From the sequence record DRR723986_3509: 41,703 bases of DNA; one strand, written 5' to 3'. Of this stretch, positions 19,816-28,301 are shown one piece after another. The first letter of the stretch is position 1. Every line of letters starts with the position of its first letter. Position numbers and translations under genes: made by a program. The notes under the pieces were generated by a model. The model was not told where the DNA came from. It made no database searches and was given only the letters and a program-made list of their open reading frames with translations.

Positions 19816-22129
19816 ATCCAGTGTGACAGTTCGCGAGCTGGCACGGTTCTGCCATCGCAGCGGCGACATCGACTACCGGTTTACTGCTTCACCGACCGGC
19901 GAGGAAGGGATTGAGGGACATGAGCGCCTGTTCCGGCGCCGGCCAGATAGCTATCAGCGGGAATTCGCGGTCGAGGCCCTGGTCGAGACGCCGGGACCCG
20001 ACCTGCGCATTCGCGGGCGGGCGGACGGCTGGGACTCACAGCGCGGACTGGTGGAGGAAATCAAGACCTGTCGCGGCGACCCGGCGCGTATACCCCTGGC
20101 GGTGACCCAGCTGCATCTCGCCCAGGCACGTCTGTATGCTGCGCTTATTGCCCGCGCCGAGGGCTGTGACCAGCTGACCGTGCGCCTGACCTGGTATGAC
20201 CTCGACCAGGATCGCGAGCATCCCGTCGACCAGGAATACAGCGCTACCGAACTGGCGCAGTTCCTGGACACGACTGCCGCACGCTATGGTGACTGGCTGG
20301 CTCGCCTGGACGAACTTCGCGGTGCCCGGGACCAGAGCCTGTCGGCTTTGGCATTTCCGCATCCCGAGTTCCGGCCCGGCCAGCGCGAGGCGGCGGAGCT
20401 GGTGTACAAGTGTGTTGACCAGGGAGGGCAGCTGATGCTGGAGGCCCCCACAGGTATCGGCAAGACCATGGCGGTGCTGTTCCCCGCATTGAAGGGCCTG
20501 GGCGCCGGCAAGCATGACGGTGTGCTGTATTGCACCGCCAGGACCGTGGGTCGGCGGGCAGCGGAACAGGCCCTGGCGCGCTTGCGCGATAAGGGGATGC
20601 AGGCACTGACCCTGTCCCTGACCGCCCGTGAGCAAATCTGCTTCTCCCCTGGCAAGGCCTGTCGGGGGGAGGAGTGCCCCTTTGCCCTTGGGTTTTATGA
20701 CCGCTTGCCCGCCGCAATGGAGGAGGCGCTGGCCGTGGCAATGCTGACCCGGGAGGGTATTGAGGAAGTCGCCCGCCGTCACGGCATCTGCCCCTATCAG
20801 CTGAGCACCGAGCTGGCGCCCTGGGTCGACGTGATCGTCTGTGATCTTCACTACCTGTATAGCCTGACGGCCGCGGCACCGGGTTGGATCGCCCAGTCCG
20901 GCGGGCGCTGGTCCGCTGTGCTGGATGAAGCGCATAACCTGCCGGAGCGGGCGCGCGGAATGTTCGGCGCCGAATTGGCCAAGTCCGAATTGATCTTGGC
21001 GAGGCGCGAGGCGCCGCCACCGCTGCGGCGTATCCTCGACCGTACCAACCGCCTGCTGCTCGCGCTGCTCAAGGATCCGTGGCCGGATCCGGAGTATGCC
21101 AGCCTCGAAAGTGTGCCGGCGGGTCTGGCAGAACTGCTGGCGGAGTTCAGTGGCGCATTCATCGATGCCCTGGTGCGCGATCCGGGTCTGCCGGCGCGGG
21201 TACCCGCACTGCTCGACTTCCATTTCCGGTGCCTCCAGTTCCTGCGCAGTGTGGAAGCCTGGGGAGAGGAGTTTCGCTGTGAACTGAGCCGTTCGGATGG
21301 ACGCCAAAGCCTGCGACTGAGACTGAATTGTCTGGATCCCGGACGCCTGCTGGCGGAGCGTCAGGCAGTGCTGCACTCGGTGACGACCTTTTCCGCCACC
21401 CTGTCGCCCGCCGCCTGGCTGCGCCCGCGACTTGGCCTGGGCCCGGAAGTGGTTGTGCGCCAGGTCGCGTCGCCGTTCAGCGCCGATCAACTGCAGGTTG
21501 AAATCAATTGCCGTATCGATACTCGCTACCGTAGCCGGAGCGCGTCCCTGCCGGCCCTGGCCGCGGCTATCGACGACTGGCTGCGGCGCAAGCCGGGCAA
21601 CTGCCTGGTGTATTTCCCTTCCTATCACTACCTAGATGACTGCCTGGCGCTGCTGGTGCCGGAGGCGGGTGGCCTCGCGGGGCGCAAACTCTGGGTGCAG
21701 GCGCGGTCCCAGGACGCCAGCCAGCGGGCACAGCTGCTCGAGCTGCTGGGGCAGCACCGCAACCTGGCAGCTTTCTGCATTCTGGGTGGGGTGTTCGGGG
21801 AGGGGATAGACCTGCCCGGAGACCAGCTGAGCAGCGTCGTGGTGGTGGGCGTCGGTCTGCCCCAGGTGGACCGTGAGGCCCGCCAGCTACAGGCGTTTTA
21901 CGATGCGCGGGACGGGGCCGGTTTTGATTTCACCTTCCGCTATCCCGGTATGCAGAAAGTAAACCAGGCACTTGGCAGGGTGGTGCGCAGCGACACGGAC
22001 CGGGGTGATGCGCTGCTAATTGACCCGCGTTATGGCGAGCATGCGTATCGCCAGCTGCTCGCGCCCTGGTGGGATTACCGGGACGCGTCGAGCAATCAGG
22101 CTCGGGCCAGCGAGTCCGGGAACCGGTAA
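19808..22129 (+). CDS. DinG/Rad3(XPD)-family Fe-S DNA helicase with an N-terminal PD-(D/E)XK nuclease domain
   Basis: N-terminal GIEGH...RGRADG...VEEIKT...QARLY. Q motif FRPGQ, Walker A APTGIGKT, four Cys (ICFSPGKACRGEECPF...GICPY), DEAHNL, FSATL, YFPSY, EGIDLPG and QALGRVVR. Confidence 0.92.
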   Translation: MGESSVTVRELARFCHRSGDIDYRFTASPTGEEGIEGHERLFRRRPDSYQREFAVEALVETPGPDLRIRGRADGWDSQRGLVEEIKTCRGDPARIPLAVTQLHLAQARLYAALIARAEGCDQLTVRLTWYDLDQDREHPVDQEYSATELAQFLDTTAARYGDWLARLDELRGARDQSLSALAFPHPEFRPGQREAAELVYKCVDQGGQLMLEAPTGIGKTMAVLFPALKGLGAGKHDGVLYCTARTVGRRAAEQALARLRDKGMQALTLSLTAREQICFSPGKACRGEECPFALGFYDRLPAAMEEALAVAMLTREGIEEVARRHGICPYQLSTELAPWVDVIVCDLHYLYSLTAAAPGWIAQSGGRWSAVLDEAHNLPERARGMFGAELAKSELILARREAPPPLRRILDRTNRLLLALLKDPWPDPEYASLESVPAGLAELLAEFSGAFIDALVRDPGLPARVPALLDFHFRCLQFLRSVEAWGEEFRCELSRSDGRQSLRLRLNCLDPGRLLAERQAVLHSVTTFSATLSPAAWLRPRLGLGPEVVVRQVASPFSADQLQVEINCRIDTRYRSRSASLPALAAAIDDWLRRKPGNCLVYFPSYHYLDDCLALLVPEAGGLAGRKLWVQARSQDASQRAQLLELLGQHRNLAAFCILGGVFGEGIDLPGDQLSSVVVVGVGLPQVDREARQLQAFYDARDGAGFDFTFRYPGMQKVNQALGRVVRSDTDRGDALLIDPRYGEHAYRQLLAPWWDYRDASSNQARASESGNR

Positions 22130-23373
22130 CCTGGCTTGGCGAAGGCCAGCTGCGCGGTGCCGATGATGCGCTCACGGAAGCCACCCTCGCAGTAGCAAAG
22201 ATAGAACTCCCACATACGGATGAAACGGTCGTCGAAGCCCTGTGCCCGGACCTCGTCCAGCTGTGCCATGAAACGGCGGCGCCACTCGGCCAGGGTGATG
22301 GCATAGTCTTCGGTGATGTCGCGCAGGTGCACCATCTGCATATCCGTATCCTCGGCGATGTGGTCAGCGATAACGCTGATCGAGGGCAGGCAGCCGCCGG
22401 GGAAGATATAGCGCTTGATGTAATCCACGGCATGGCGGGCCCGCTCGTAGCGCTGGTCGGTCATGGTGATCGCCTGGATGACCATTTTCCCCGAGGGTTT
22501 GAGCAGGCGGTTGCAGGTCTGGAAGTAGCTGCCGTAGAACTCGTGCCCCACCGCCTCAATCATCTCGATTGACACCAGCTTGTCGTAGCTGCCGGTCAGA
22601 TTGCGATAGTCCTCACACAGGACGGTAATCTGGTCCTCCAGTCCCAGTTCACGCACTGTAGCAGTCGCGTGCTCGAACTGCTCCTGCGAAATGGTGGTCG
22701 TAGTGACCCGGCAGCCATAGTTGCGGGCCGCGTGGATCGCCATGCCGCCCCAGCCTGTGCCGATCTCGATCAGGTGATCCTCGGGCTGCAGCTCCAGCTG
22801 ACGGCATATTTCATCGAGTTTGGCCTCGGAGGCCCGCTCGAGTGTCGCAGCGGGGTCTGCAAACAGTGCCGATGAGTACATCATCGTCGGGTCAAGGAAC
22901 AGGCGGAAAAATTCGTTGCCCAGGTCGTAATGGGCCGAGATGTTTTTGCGCGAGCCGGCGTGCGTGTTGCGATTGGCCAGGTGGGCGAGTTTCAGGCCCA
23001 GGCGGACGATCCAGGTCTGCTTGGCTTCCATCGCCTCCATGGTCTGCAGGTTGGCGCTGAACAGACGAGTCACCTCGGCCAGGTCCGGCGTACTCCAGTC
23101 ACCCTCGATATAGGCTTCACCGGATGCGATGGTGCCACCGGTAAGAATCTTGCGGTAAACCCGGCGGTTGTTGACGGTAACTTCCGCCTGCGGTTCGCCG
23201 GCGACGCCATAGCGGCCGAGCCGGTAAACCTCATCCCCATCGCGGATGGTGAAGCTGCCGATCTGGATATTGCCCAGCACGCGCAGCAGCAATTTGCGCG
23301 ACAGGTTGTCCCGTGTCCACAGGCTGCTGGTTCCCGGTAGGAGCCGGATGCGGCTCACACTCATATTACTCAT
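22096..23373 (-). CDS. Cfa-family SAM-dependent fatty-acyl methyltransferase (UfaM/CfaS-like)
   Basis: Motifs NISAHYDLGNEFF, MMYSSALF, EIGTGWGG, SIEMIEAVG and YIFPGGCLP. Start placed at ATG 23373 after GGAG. Confidence 0.9.
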   Translation of the reverse strand: MSNMSVSRIRLLPGTSSLWTRDNLSRKLLLRVLGNIQIGSFTIRDGDEVYRLGRYGVAGEPQAEVTVNNRRVYRKILTGGTIASGEAYIEGDWSTPDLAEVTRLFSANLQTMEAMEAKQTWIVRLGLKLAHLANRNTHAGSRKNISAHYDLGNEFFRLFLDPTMMYSSALFADPAATLERASEAKLDEICRQLELQPEDHLIEIGTGWGGMAIHAARNYGCRVTTTTISQEQFEHATATVRELGLEDQITVLCEDYRNLTGSYDKLVSIEMIEAVGHEFYGSYFQTCNRLLKPSGKMVIQAITMTDQRYERARHAVDYIKRYIFPGGCLPSISVIADHIAEDTDMQMVHLRDITEDYAITLAEWRRRFMAQLDEVRAQGFDDRFIRMWEFYLCYCEGGFRERIIGTAQLAFAKPGYRFPDSLARA

Positions 23374-23374
23374 A

Positions 23375-24130
23375 TCATGCTCCGGTGAGTTTGGTGCGAG
23401 GGTGCCCATAGATTGGCATACCCTTGATGAACAGTTTAAGTGCCTGCCAGTAGATCGCCAAAGCGACCTTCGCAGTCATGAATGGGTGGCGCAGCAGGTG
23501 TCGATTGAGGGCGCCCGCTGTCATTGGTTCGCCGGTGAGCGCCAGGCTCGCATCGAAGACTGTGGCCCCGTCGCGCTCATTGGCCAGGTGCAGCACCAGC
23601 CGCTTGTCGGGCAGGTTGCAGCGCCAGCGGTAGTGCATGTCCATGGGATTGAACGGGGACACGTGAAAGGCCTTGTCGAACTCCGCATGCAGCCAGCGGC
23701 CAGTGTCTGGGCCGCGCAGGACGTAGCTGTGGCGTTCATCCCATGGGGTGTTATTCACTTCCGCCACCAGGTATTCGAGCCGGCTTTCGTCCTCGCTGTA
23801 GCAGTAATAACAGGCGATGGGGTTCATCTGGTAGCCGAAGTAGCGCAGGTTGGCGAGCAGGTAAATGGGCCCGCGATGCGTCTGTCCGGTCTCCTCCTTG
23901 ATCCGGCGACGGACTTCATCGGCCAGCGGCAGTGCCGGATCGCCGAGAAAATCACTGCGTTTGAACCGGGCCAGGGCCGGCCCGGTGGCAGACCAGAAGG
24001 GGTTGCCGCGGAACAGGTCCGGTAGCTCATCAAGACAGATAAAGGGCATGAAAACCCGGTAACGGAAGCTGTGTTCCCGCGGATGGTGCCTGCGATGCCG
24101 CAGCCACCCCTGGTACAGCCTGGACTTCAT
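23375..24130 (-). CDS. DUF1365 protein (UfaO/RSP1090-like)
   Basis: Motifs HRRHHP.EHSFRY, MNPIACYYC, AEVNNTPWDERHSY, KAFHVSPF and IYWQALKL. Confidence 0.9.
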   Translation of the reverse strand: MKSRLYQGWLRHRRHHPREHSFRYRVFMPFICLDELPDLFRGNPFWSATGPALARFKRSDFLGDPALPLADEVRRRIKEETGQTHRGPIYLLANLRYFGYQMNPIACYYCYSEDESRLEYLVAEVNNTPWDERHSYVLRGPDTGRWLHAEFDKAFHVSPFNPMDMHYRWRCNLPDKRLVLHLANERDGATVFDASLALTGEPMTAGALNRHLLRHPFMTAKVALAIYWQALKLFIKGMPIYGHPRTKLTGA

Positions 24131-25389
24131 GCTGCGGCCTGTTGTGCCTGATTCAGGGCTTCGGCGACGCGCAGCGCACTGACCACGCCGTCCTCGTGAA
24201 AGCCGTTATGCCAGTAGGCGCCACAGAACCAGGTGTTGCGGACCCCATTGATCTCGCCCCAGCGCTGCTGGGCCTGGATGCCTGCCAGCGAGAAAACCGG
24301 GTGGTCGTAGCTGAAGCGGCCAAGAATCTTGTTTGGATTGATGGCCTCGGTCTGGTTCAGTGTCACGCAGAAGGTCTCCGGTGCCTCGATACCCTGCAGG
24401 ATGTTCATATTGTAGGTCACAATGGCCCGCTCATCGTCCACGCCCAGGCGATAGTTCCAGCTGGACCAGGTTTTGCGGCTGCGGGGCAGCAGTCGCGTGT
24501 CGGTGTGCAGGACCACGTCGTTGGCCTGGTAGGGGAGAGCACCTAGCACGGCGGTTTCCTCGGCGCTGGGGTCGCCGAGCATGCGCAGCGCCTGGTCCGA
24601 GTGGGCGGCGATCACCACCTGGTCGAAGCCGAGGCTGCGGCCGTCTGCCAGGGTGATGTTGACCCCCTGGCCCGGCTGCCGGGTGACCCGCTCGACGGCG
24701 CATCCGGTATAGATGCGGTCCTCGAAGCGTTGGCACAGCGGGCGCAGGTACTCCCGCGACCCGCCCTCGATAACCCGCCACTGGGGCCGGTTCTTGACCG
24801 AGAGTAAACCGTGGTTACGGAAGAAGCGAAGAAAGAAGTCCACCGGGAATTCGAGCATGGTGGCACAGTCAGCGGACCAGATGGCCGAGCCCATCGCCAC
24901 CAGGTATTGGCGCTTGAATGCTTCGCTGTAGCCGCGCCGCTCGAGGTAGCTGCCCAGGGTCTCGCCGTCCTCGATCCGTCCTGCCTCGAGGTCGGCAATC
25001 GACTCCTTATTGAAGCGCAGGATGTCCTTCACCATGCTGAGGAAGGACCAGGAGAGCAGGTTGCGCCGCTGGGCGAACAGGGAATCAAGGTTGGTGCCCG
25101 AGTATTCCAGTCCGGTTTCGGCGTCGTTGACTGAGAAGCCCATGCTGGTCGGCTTGCTGCTGACGCCCAGCTCGTCCATCAGCGCAATGAAGTTGGGGTA
25201 GGTCCAGTCATTGAACACAATAAAGCCGGTGTCGATCGCGTATCTGCGTGTTCCGAGTTTGACGTCGACCGTGGCGGTGTGACCGCCAATTTGTTTGCCC
25301 GATTCAAAAACCGAGACTTCATGCGCCTTGCTGAGATAGTGAGCACATGTTAACCCAGAGATACCCGAGCCGATAACTGCAATTCTCAA
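24127..25389 (-). CDS. FAD-dependent amine-oxidase-family oxidoreductase (UfaD/RSP1091-like)
   Basis: Rossmann motif IAVIGSGISG, plus GGHTAT, DTGFIVFN..TYPNF, SSWNY and CGAYWHNGFHEDG. TTG start, and ATGA overlap with DUF1365. Confidence 0.9.
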   Translation of the reverse strand: MRIAVIGSGISGLTCAHYLSKAHEVSVFESGKQIGGHTATVDVKLGTRRYAIDTGFIVFNDWTYPNFIALMDELGVSSKPTSMGFSVNDAETGLEYSGTNLDSLFAQRRNLLSWSFLSMVKDILRFNKESIADLEAGRIEDGETLGSYLERRGYSEAFKRQYLVAMGSAIWSADCATMLEFPVDFFLRFFRNHGLLSVKNRPQWRVIEGGSREYLRPLCQRFEDRIYTGCAVERVTRQPGQGVNITLADGRSLGFDQVVIAAHSDQALRMLGDPSAEETAVLGALPYQANDVVLHTDTRLLPRSRKTWSSWNYRLGVDDERAIVTYNMNILQGIEAPETFCVTLNQTEAINPNKILGRFSYDHPVFSLAGIQAQQRWGEINGVRNTWFCGAYWHNGFHEDGVVSALRVAEALNQAQQAAA

Positions 25390-25442
25390 TGTCCTGTCCC
25401 CGGGTCAGCTGGCGTGGCCCGTTAAATGAAGGTATGCCCAGA

Positions 25443-25469
25443 TTACGCCGCCAGCAAAGCAATGGATCA
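25443..25469 (-). promoter_or_regulatory. SigmaE(ECF11)-type promoter of the oxidoreductase-DUF1365-cfa operon
   Basis: Minus strand reads TGATCC-attgctttgctggcgg-CGTAA with a 16-nt spacer. Confidence 0.85.
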
Positions 25470-25482
25470 AAGCACAGCCGGT

Positions 25483-25509
25483 TGATCCATGCGAACTGAA
25501 CCGGCGTAT
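25483..25509 (+). promoter_or_regulatory. SigmaE(ECF11)-type autoregulatory promoter of rpoE-chrR
   Basis: Plus strand reads TGATCC-atgcgaactgaaccgg-CGTAT with a 16-nt spacer. Confidence 0.85.
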
Positions 25510-25542
25510 ACTCTGCAATCCTTGGGGGAACAGGAAGAAGCA

Positions 25543-26145
25543 TTGGTGGAAAATCGGGAAAGCAACGATAGCTGGAAAGCGCCTACGGGTCGCCGGACGG
25601 ACGAGTGGAGCGAGTGCCTCACTTTGATCGCCCGTGACGAGGACCGGGCTGCCTTCACCCGGCTGTTCCGCCATTTTGCGCCGCTGATCAAGGCGTTCGC
25701 CCTGTCGGGCTCCAGTCTGTCAGCTGCGCATGCGGATGAGCTGGTGCAGGAAGTGATGCTGAAGGTCTGGCAGAAAGCCGGGGCGTTCAATCCCGAGAAG
25801 GCGGCCGCCAGCACCTGGGTTTACACCATTGCCCGCAACTGCCGGACGGACATGTTCCGGCGCCTGCAGAAGTTCGACACCCCCCTGGCGGCGGAGGACT
25901 TCACCCCGGATCGTGAGGACGAAGAGCCCTTTGCGATGCTGCAAAGCAGGCGCAGCGGGGATCGGGTTCGGGATCTGATGGGTCAGCTGCCGGCAGATCA
26001 GGCGCAGATCCTCGCCAAGGTATATATGGAAGGCAAGTCTCACGCTGAGGCTGCCGGAGAGTTGGACCTGCCGCTGGGCACCGTGAAGTCACGGGTCAGG
26101 CTGGCGATCCAGAAACTGCAAGTTCAGATGGAAAGTAGCATTTAG
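25543..26145 (+). CDS. rpoE: ECF sigma factor, RpoE/ChrR (ECF11) type
   Basis: Motifs DRAAFTRLFRHFAP, ELVQEVMLKVWQKA, STWVYTIARN and LPLGTVKSRVRLA, followed by chrR. Start is probably TTG 25543 or GTG 25546 after AGGAAG, since ATG 25489 lies inside the promoter. Confidence 0.9.
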   Translation: MVENRESNDSWKAPTGRRTDEWSECLTLIARDEDRAAFTRLFRHFAPLIKAFALSGSSLSAAHADELVQEVMLKVWQKAGAFNPEKAAASTWVYTIARNCRTDMFRRLQKFDTPLAAEDFTPDREDEEPFAMLQSRRSGDRVRDLMGQLPADQAQILAKVYMEGKSHAEAAGELDLPLGTVKSRVRLAIQKLQVQMESSI

Positions 26146-26147
26146 TT

Positions 26148-26795
26148 ATGGCCAAGCATCATCCTGGAGTAGAACTCCTCCTCGAGCACGCCGCAGGGAA
26201 CCTGTCGCTGGCGCAATCCGCCTGCATCGCGGCGCACATGAACTACTGCAAGAGCTGTCGGCGCACCAATGCCCAGTTGCAGGAGGTCGGCAGCGCGCTG
26301 TTTGGCGGCCTTGATCCGACCCCGGTCGGTGACGGGCTGCTGGACAACGTGCTGGCACGCCTCGACGAGGCGCCGCCCCTGAGTTACACGTCTTCCGCGG
26401 CTGGCCGCACGCCGGCCATCCTGCAACGCCTGATGGCGGGGGATTTCAGTGACCTGTCGTGGAAGAAGATTACCGACGCACTCCAGATCAGCTACCTGAA
26501 GACCGGTGATCCGAACTTCGAGTTCGCGCTTTACCACATCAAGGCTGGCGGCCGGATTCCCGAGCACGATCACCGCGGTTCGGAGATGACCCTGGTCCTG
26601 CAGGGCGGGTTCTCCGATGCCAACGGCAGCTACCACGAGGGCGACTTCATTTTCCGTAGCGAAGACGAGCCCCACGCGCCAACGGCTCTGCAGTCCGAGG
26701 ACTGTATCTGCCTGGCGGTACTGGATGCGCCGCTGCGCTTCACCAGCTGGAAGTACCGCTGGATGAACCCGTTCCTGCAGCTACAGGCCGGCTGA
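26148..26795 (+). CDS. chrR: Anti-sigma factor ChrR
   Basis: Zinc anti-sigma domain HHP...AHMNYCKSC and cupin domain IPEHDHRGSEMTLVLQGGFSD...HAP...CICLAVLDAPL. Confidence 0.93.
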   Translation: MAKHHPGVELLLEHAAGNLSLAQSACIAAHMNYCKSCRRTNAQLQEVGSALFGGLDPTPVGDGLLDNVLARLDEAPPLSYTSSAAGRTPAILQRLMAGDFSDLSWKKITDALQISYLKTGDPNFEFALYHIKAGGRIPEHDHRGSEMTLVLQGGFSDANGSYHEGDFIFRSEDEPHAPTALQSEDCICLAVLDAPLRFTSWKYRWMNPFLQLQAG

Positions 26796-26823
26796 CCCGC
26801 TTCTCCCTGGCACCGCTTCTCGC

Positions 26824-26852
26824 AACCCCGCGTCATTGCGGGGTTTTTTGTT
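26824..26852 (+). terminator. Rho-independent terminator of rpoE-chrR
   Basis: Hairpin AACCCCGC-gtcatt-GCGGGGTT followed by TTTTGTT, about 30 nt after the chrR stop. Confidence 0.85.
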
Positions 26853-27157
26853 GCCTGACCGGGACTGCCAGGGGGAATCAGCACAGGGATGACAGGGCCG
26901 TCATCGGTGATTGCCGGCGAAGAGTCATGCCGGTTTAAGTATTTATTGGAACAATCCCGATGAGGGGCGTAATTCATCGGATGAATATTGCACATTGTTC
27001 CGGGGCTTGCGCGGCTGTGCTACAGTCTGGCGCCCTCGCCGACCGGTCCCCGGAGCGGCGTGGGTTATGAGCTGTCGCCCGCAGCGGCGGTTCGGCTGGT
27101 TGCGCCGGCCGCCTACAGTATTTTAAGAATAGAAACAGGTACGGGGTACCAATCATT

Positions 27158-28300
27158 ATGCGTCTTGCCATTCCCAAGGAAACACATCCCGGAGAGAACC
27201 GGGTGCCGGTGACACCGGACACAGCCAAGAAACTCTGTCGCCTGGGTGCGACGGTCGAAGTCGAGTCCGGCATGGGCCTCGGCTCCGGCTTCACCGATGA
27301 GGACTATGTAGAGGCCGGGGCGACAATCGTGACCGATCGTACGGCCCTGATCTCCGGCGCTGACGTCCTGCTGCGGCTGCGCAAGCCTGAGCTCGCCGAA
27401 GTCCCGTTGATGAAGCACGGCTGTATCCATATCAGCTACCTCGACCCGTTCAATGAGCACGAGCTGGTCGCTGCGCTCAAGCAACAGGGTGTCACCGCGA
27501 TCAGCATGGAAATGATTCCCCGGACCACGCGCAGCCAGAAGATGGATGCCCTGAGTTCCCAGGCCAACCTGGCGGGATACGTCATGGTGTTGCAGGCGGC
27601 GAGCCACCTGCCGCGGATTTTCCCGATGATGATGACGCCTGCGGGCACCTTGAAGCCTGCCAACGTGTTCGTCATCGGTGCCGGTGTGGCGGGCCTGCAG
27701 GCCATTGCTACCGCCAAGCGCCTGGGCGCGAAGGTAACTGCGTTTGATACCCGTCCGGTGGTCGCCGAGCAGGTGCAGTCGCTGGGCGCCAAGTTTCTCG
27801 AGATCGACCTGGGTGAAACCGGCGAGACAGCGGGCGGCTATGCCAAGGAATTGACGCCGGAGCAGGTGGAGATACAGCGGCAGGCGCAGAAAGACATTAT
27901 TGCCAAGTCAGACGTGGTGATTACCACGGCCCAGGTTTTCGGCCGCAAGCCGCCGGTGCTGGTTACCCGGGACATGATCGAAGGCATGGCACCGGGGTCA
28001 GTGATTGTCGACATGGCCGCTGAGACCGGCGGTAACGTTGAGGGCTCCGTTCCCAATGAAGTGGTGGAGTGGTCCGGCGTGACTATCATCGGCAAGGGTA
28101 ACCTGGCCGGCGAAGTCGCCCGCGATGCCAGTCAGATGTATGCCTCCAACCTGTTCAACCTCGTGGAAGATAACTGGGACGAGGAGCACAAGCTGTTCAA
28201 CGTCGACTTCAGTGACGACATTCTGCCCGGTTGCATCATCACCCACGGTGGTGAGGTGGTGCATGAAACGATCAAGAACATCCTGGAAGGAGCTGCCTGA
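27158..28300 (+). CDS. pntAA: NAD(P) transhydrogenase alpha-1 subunit (domain I)
   Basis: Motifs IPKE...ENRV, MDALSSQANLAGY, VIGAGVAGLQAIATAKRLGA, GGYAKE and DMAAETGGN. Confidence 0.93.
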   Translation: MRLAIPKETHPGENRVPVTPDTAKKLCRLGATVEVESGMGLGSGFTDEDYVEAGATIVTDRTALISGADVLLRLRKPELAEVPLMKHGCIHISYLDPFNEHELVAALKQQGVTAISMEMIPRTTRSQKMDALSSQANLAGYVMVLQAASHLPRIFPMMMTPAGTLKPANVFVIGAGVAGLQAIATAKRLGAKVTAFDTRPVVAEQVQSLGAKFLEIDLGETGETAGGYAKELTPEQVEIQRQAQKDIIAKSDVVITTAQVFGRKPPVLVTRDMIEGMAPGSVIVDMAAETGGNVEGSVPNEVVEWSGVTIIGKGNLAGEVARDASQMYASNLFNLVEDNWDEEHKLFNVDFSDDILPGCIITHGGEVVHETIKNILEGAA

Positions 28301-28301
28301 G

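Noticed and set aside
20036..21628. 530-aa minus-strand ORF
   Set aside because: Antisense shadow of the helicase with no motifs.
19808..22129. Type IV CRISPR CasDinG or Cas4 locus
   Set aside because: No repeat-spacer array or other cas genes in the window, and the partner gene is a FAN1-like nuclease.
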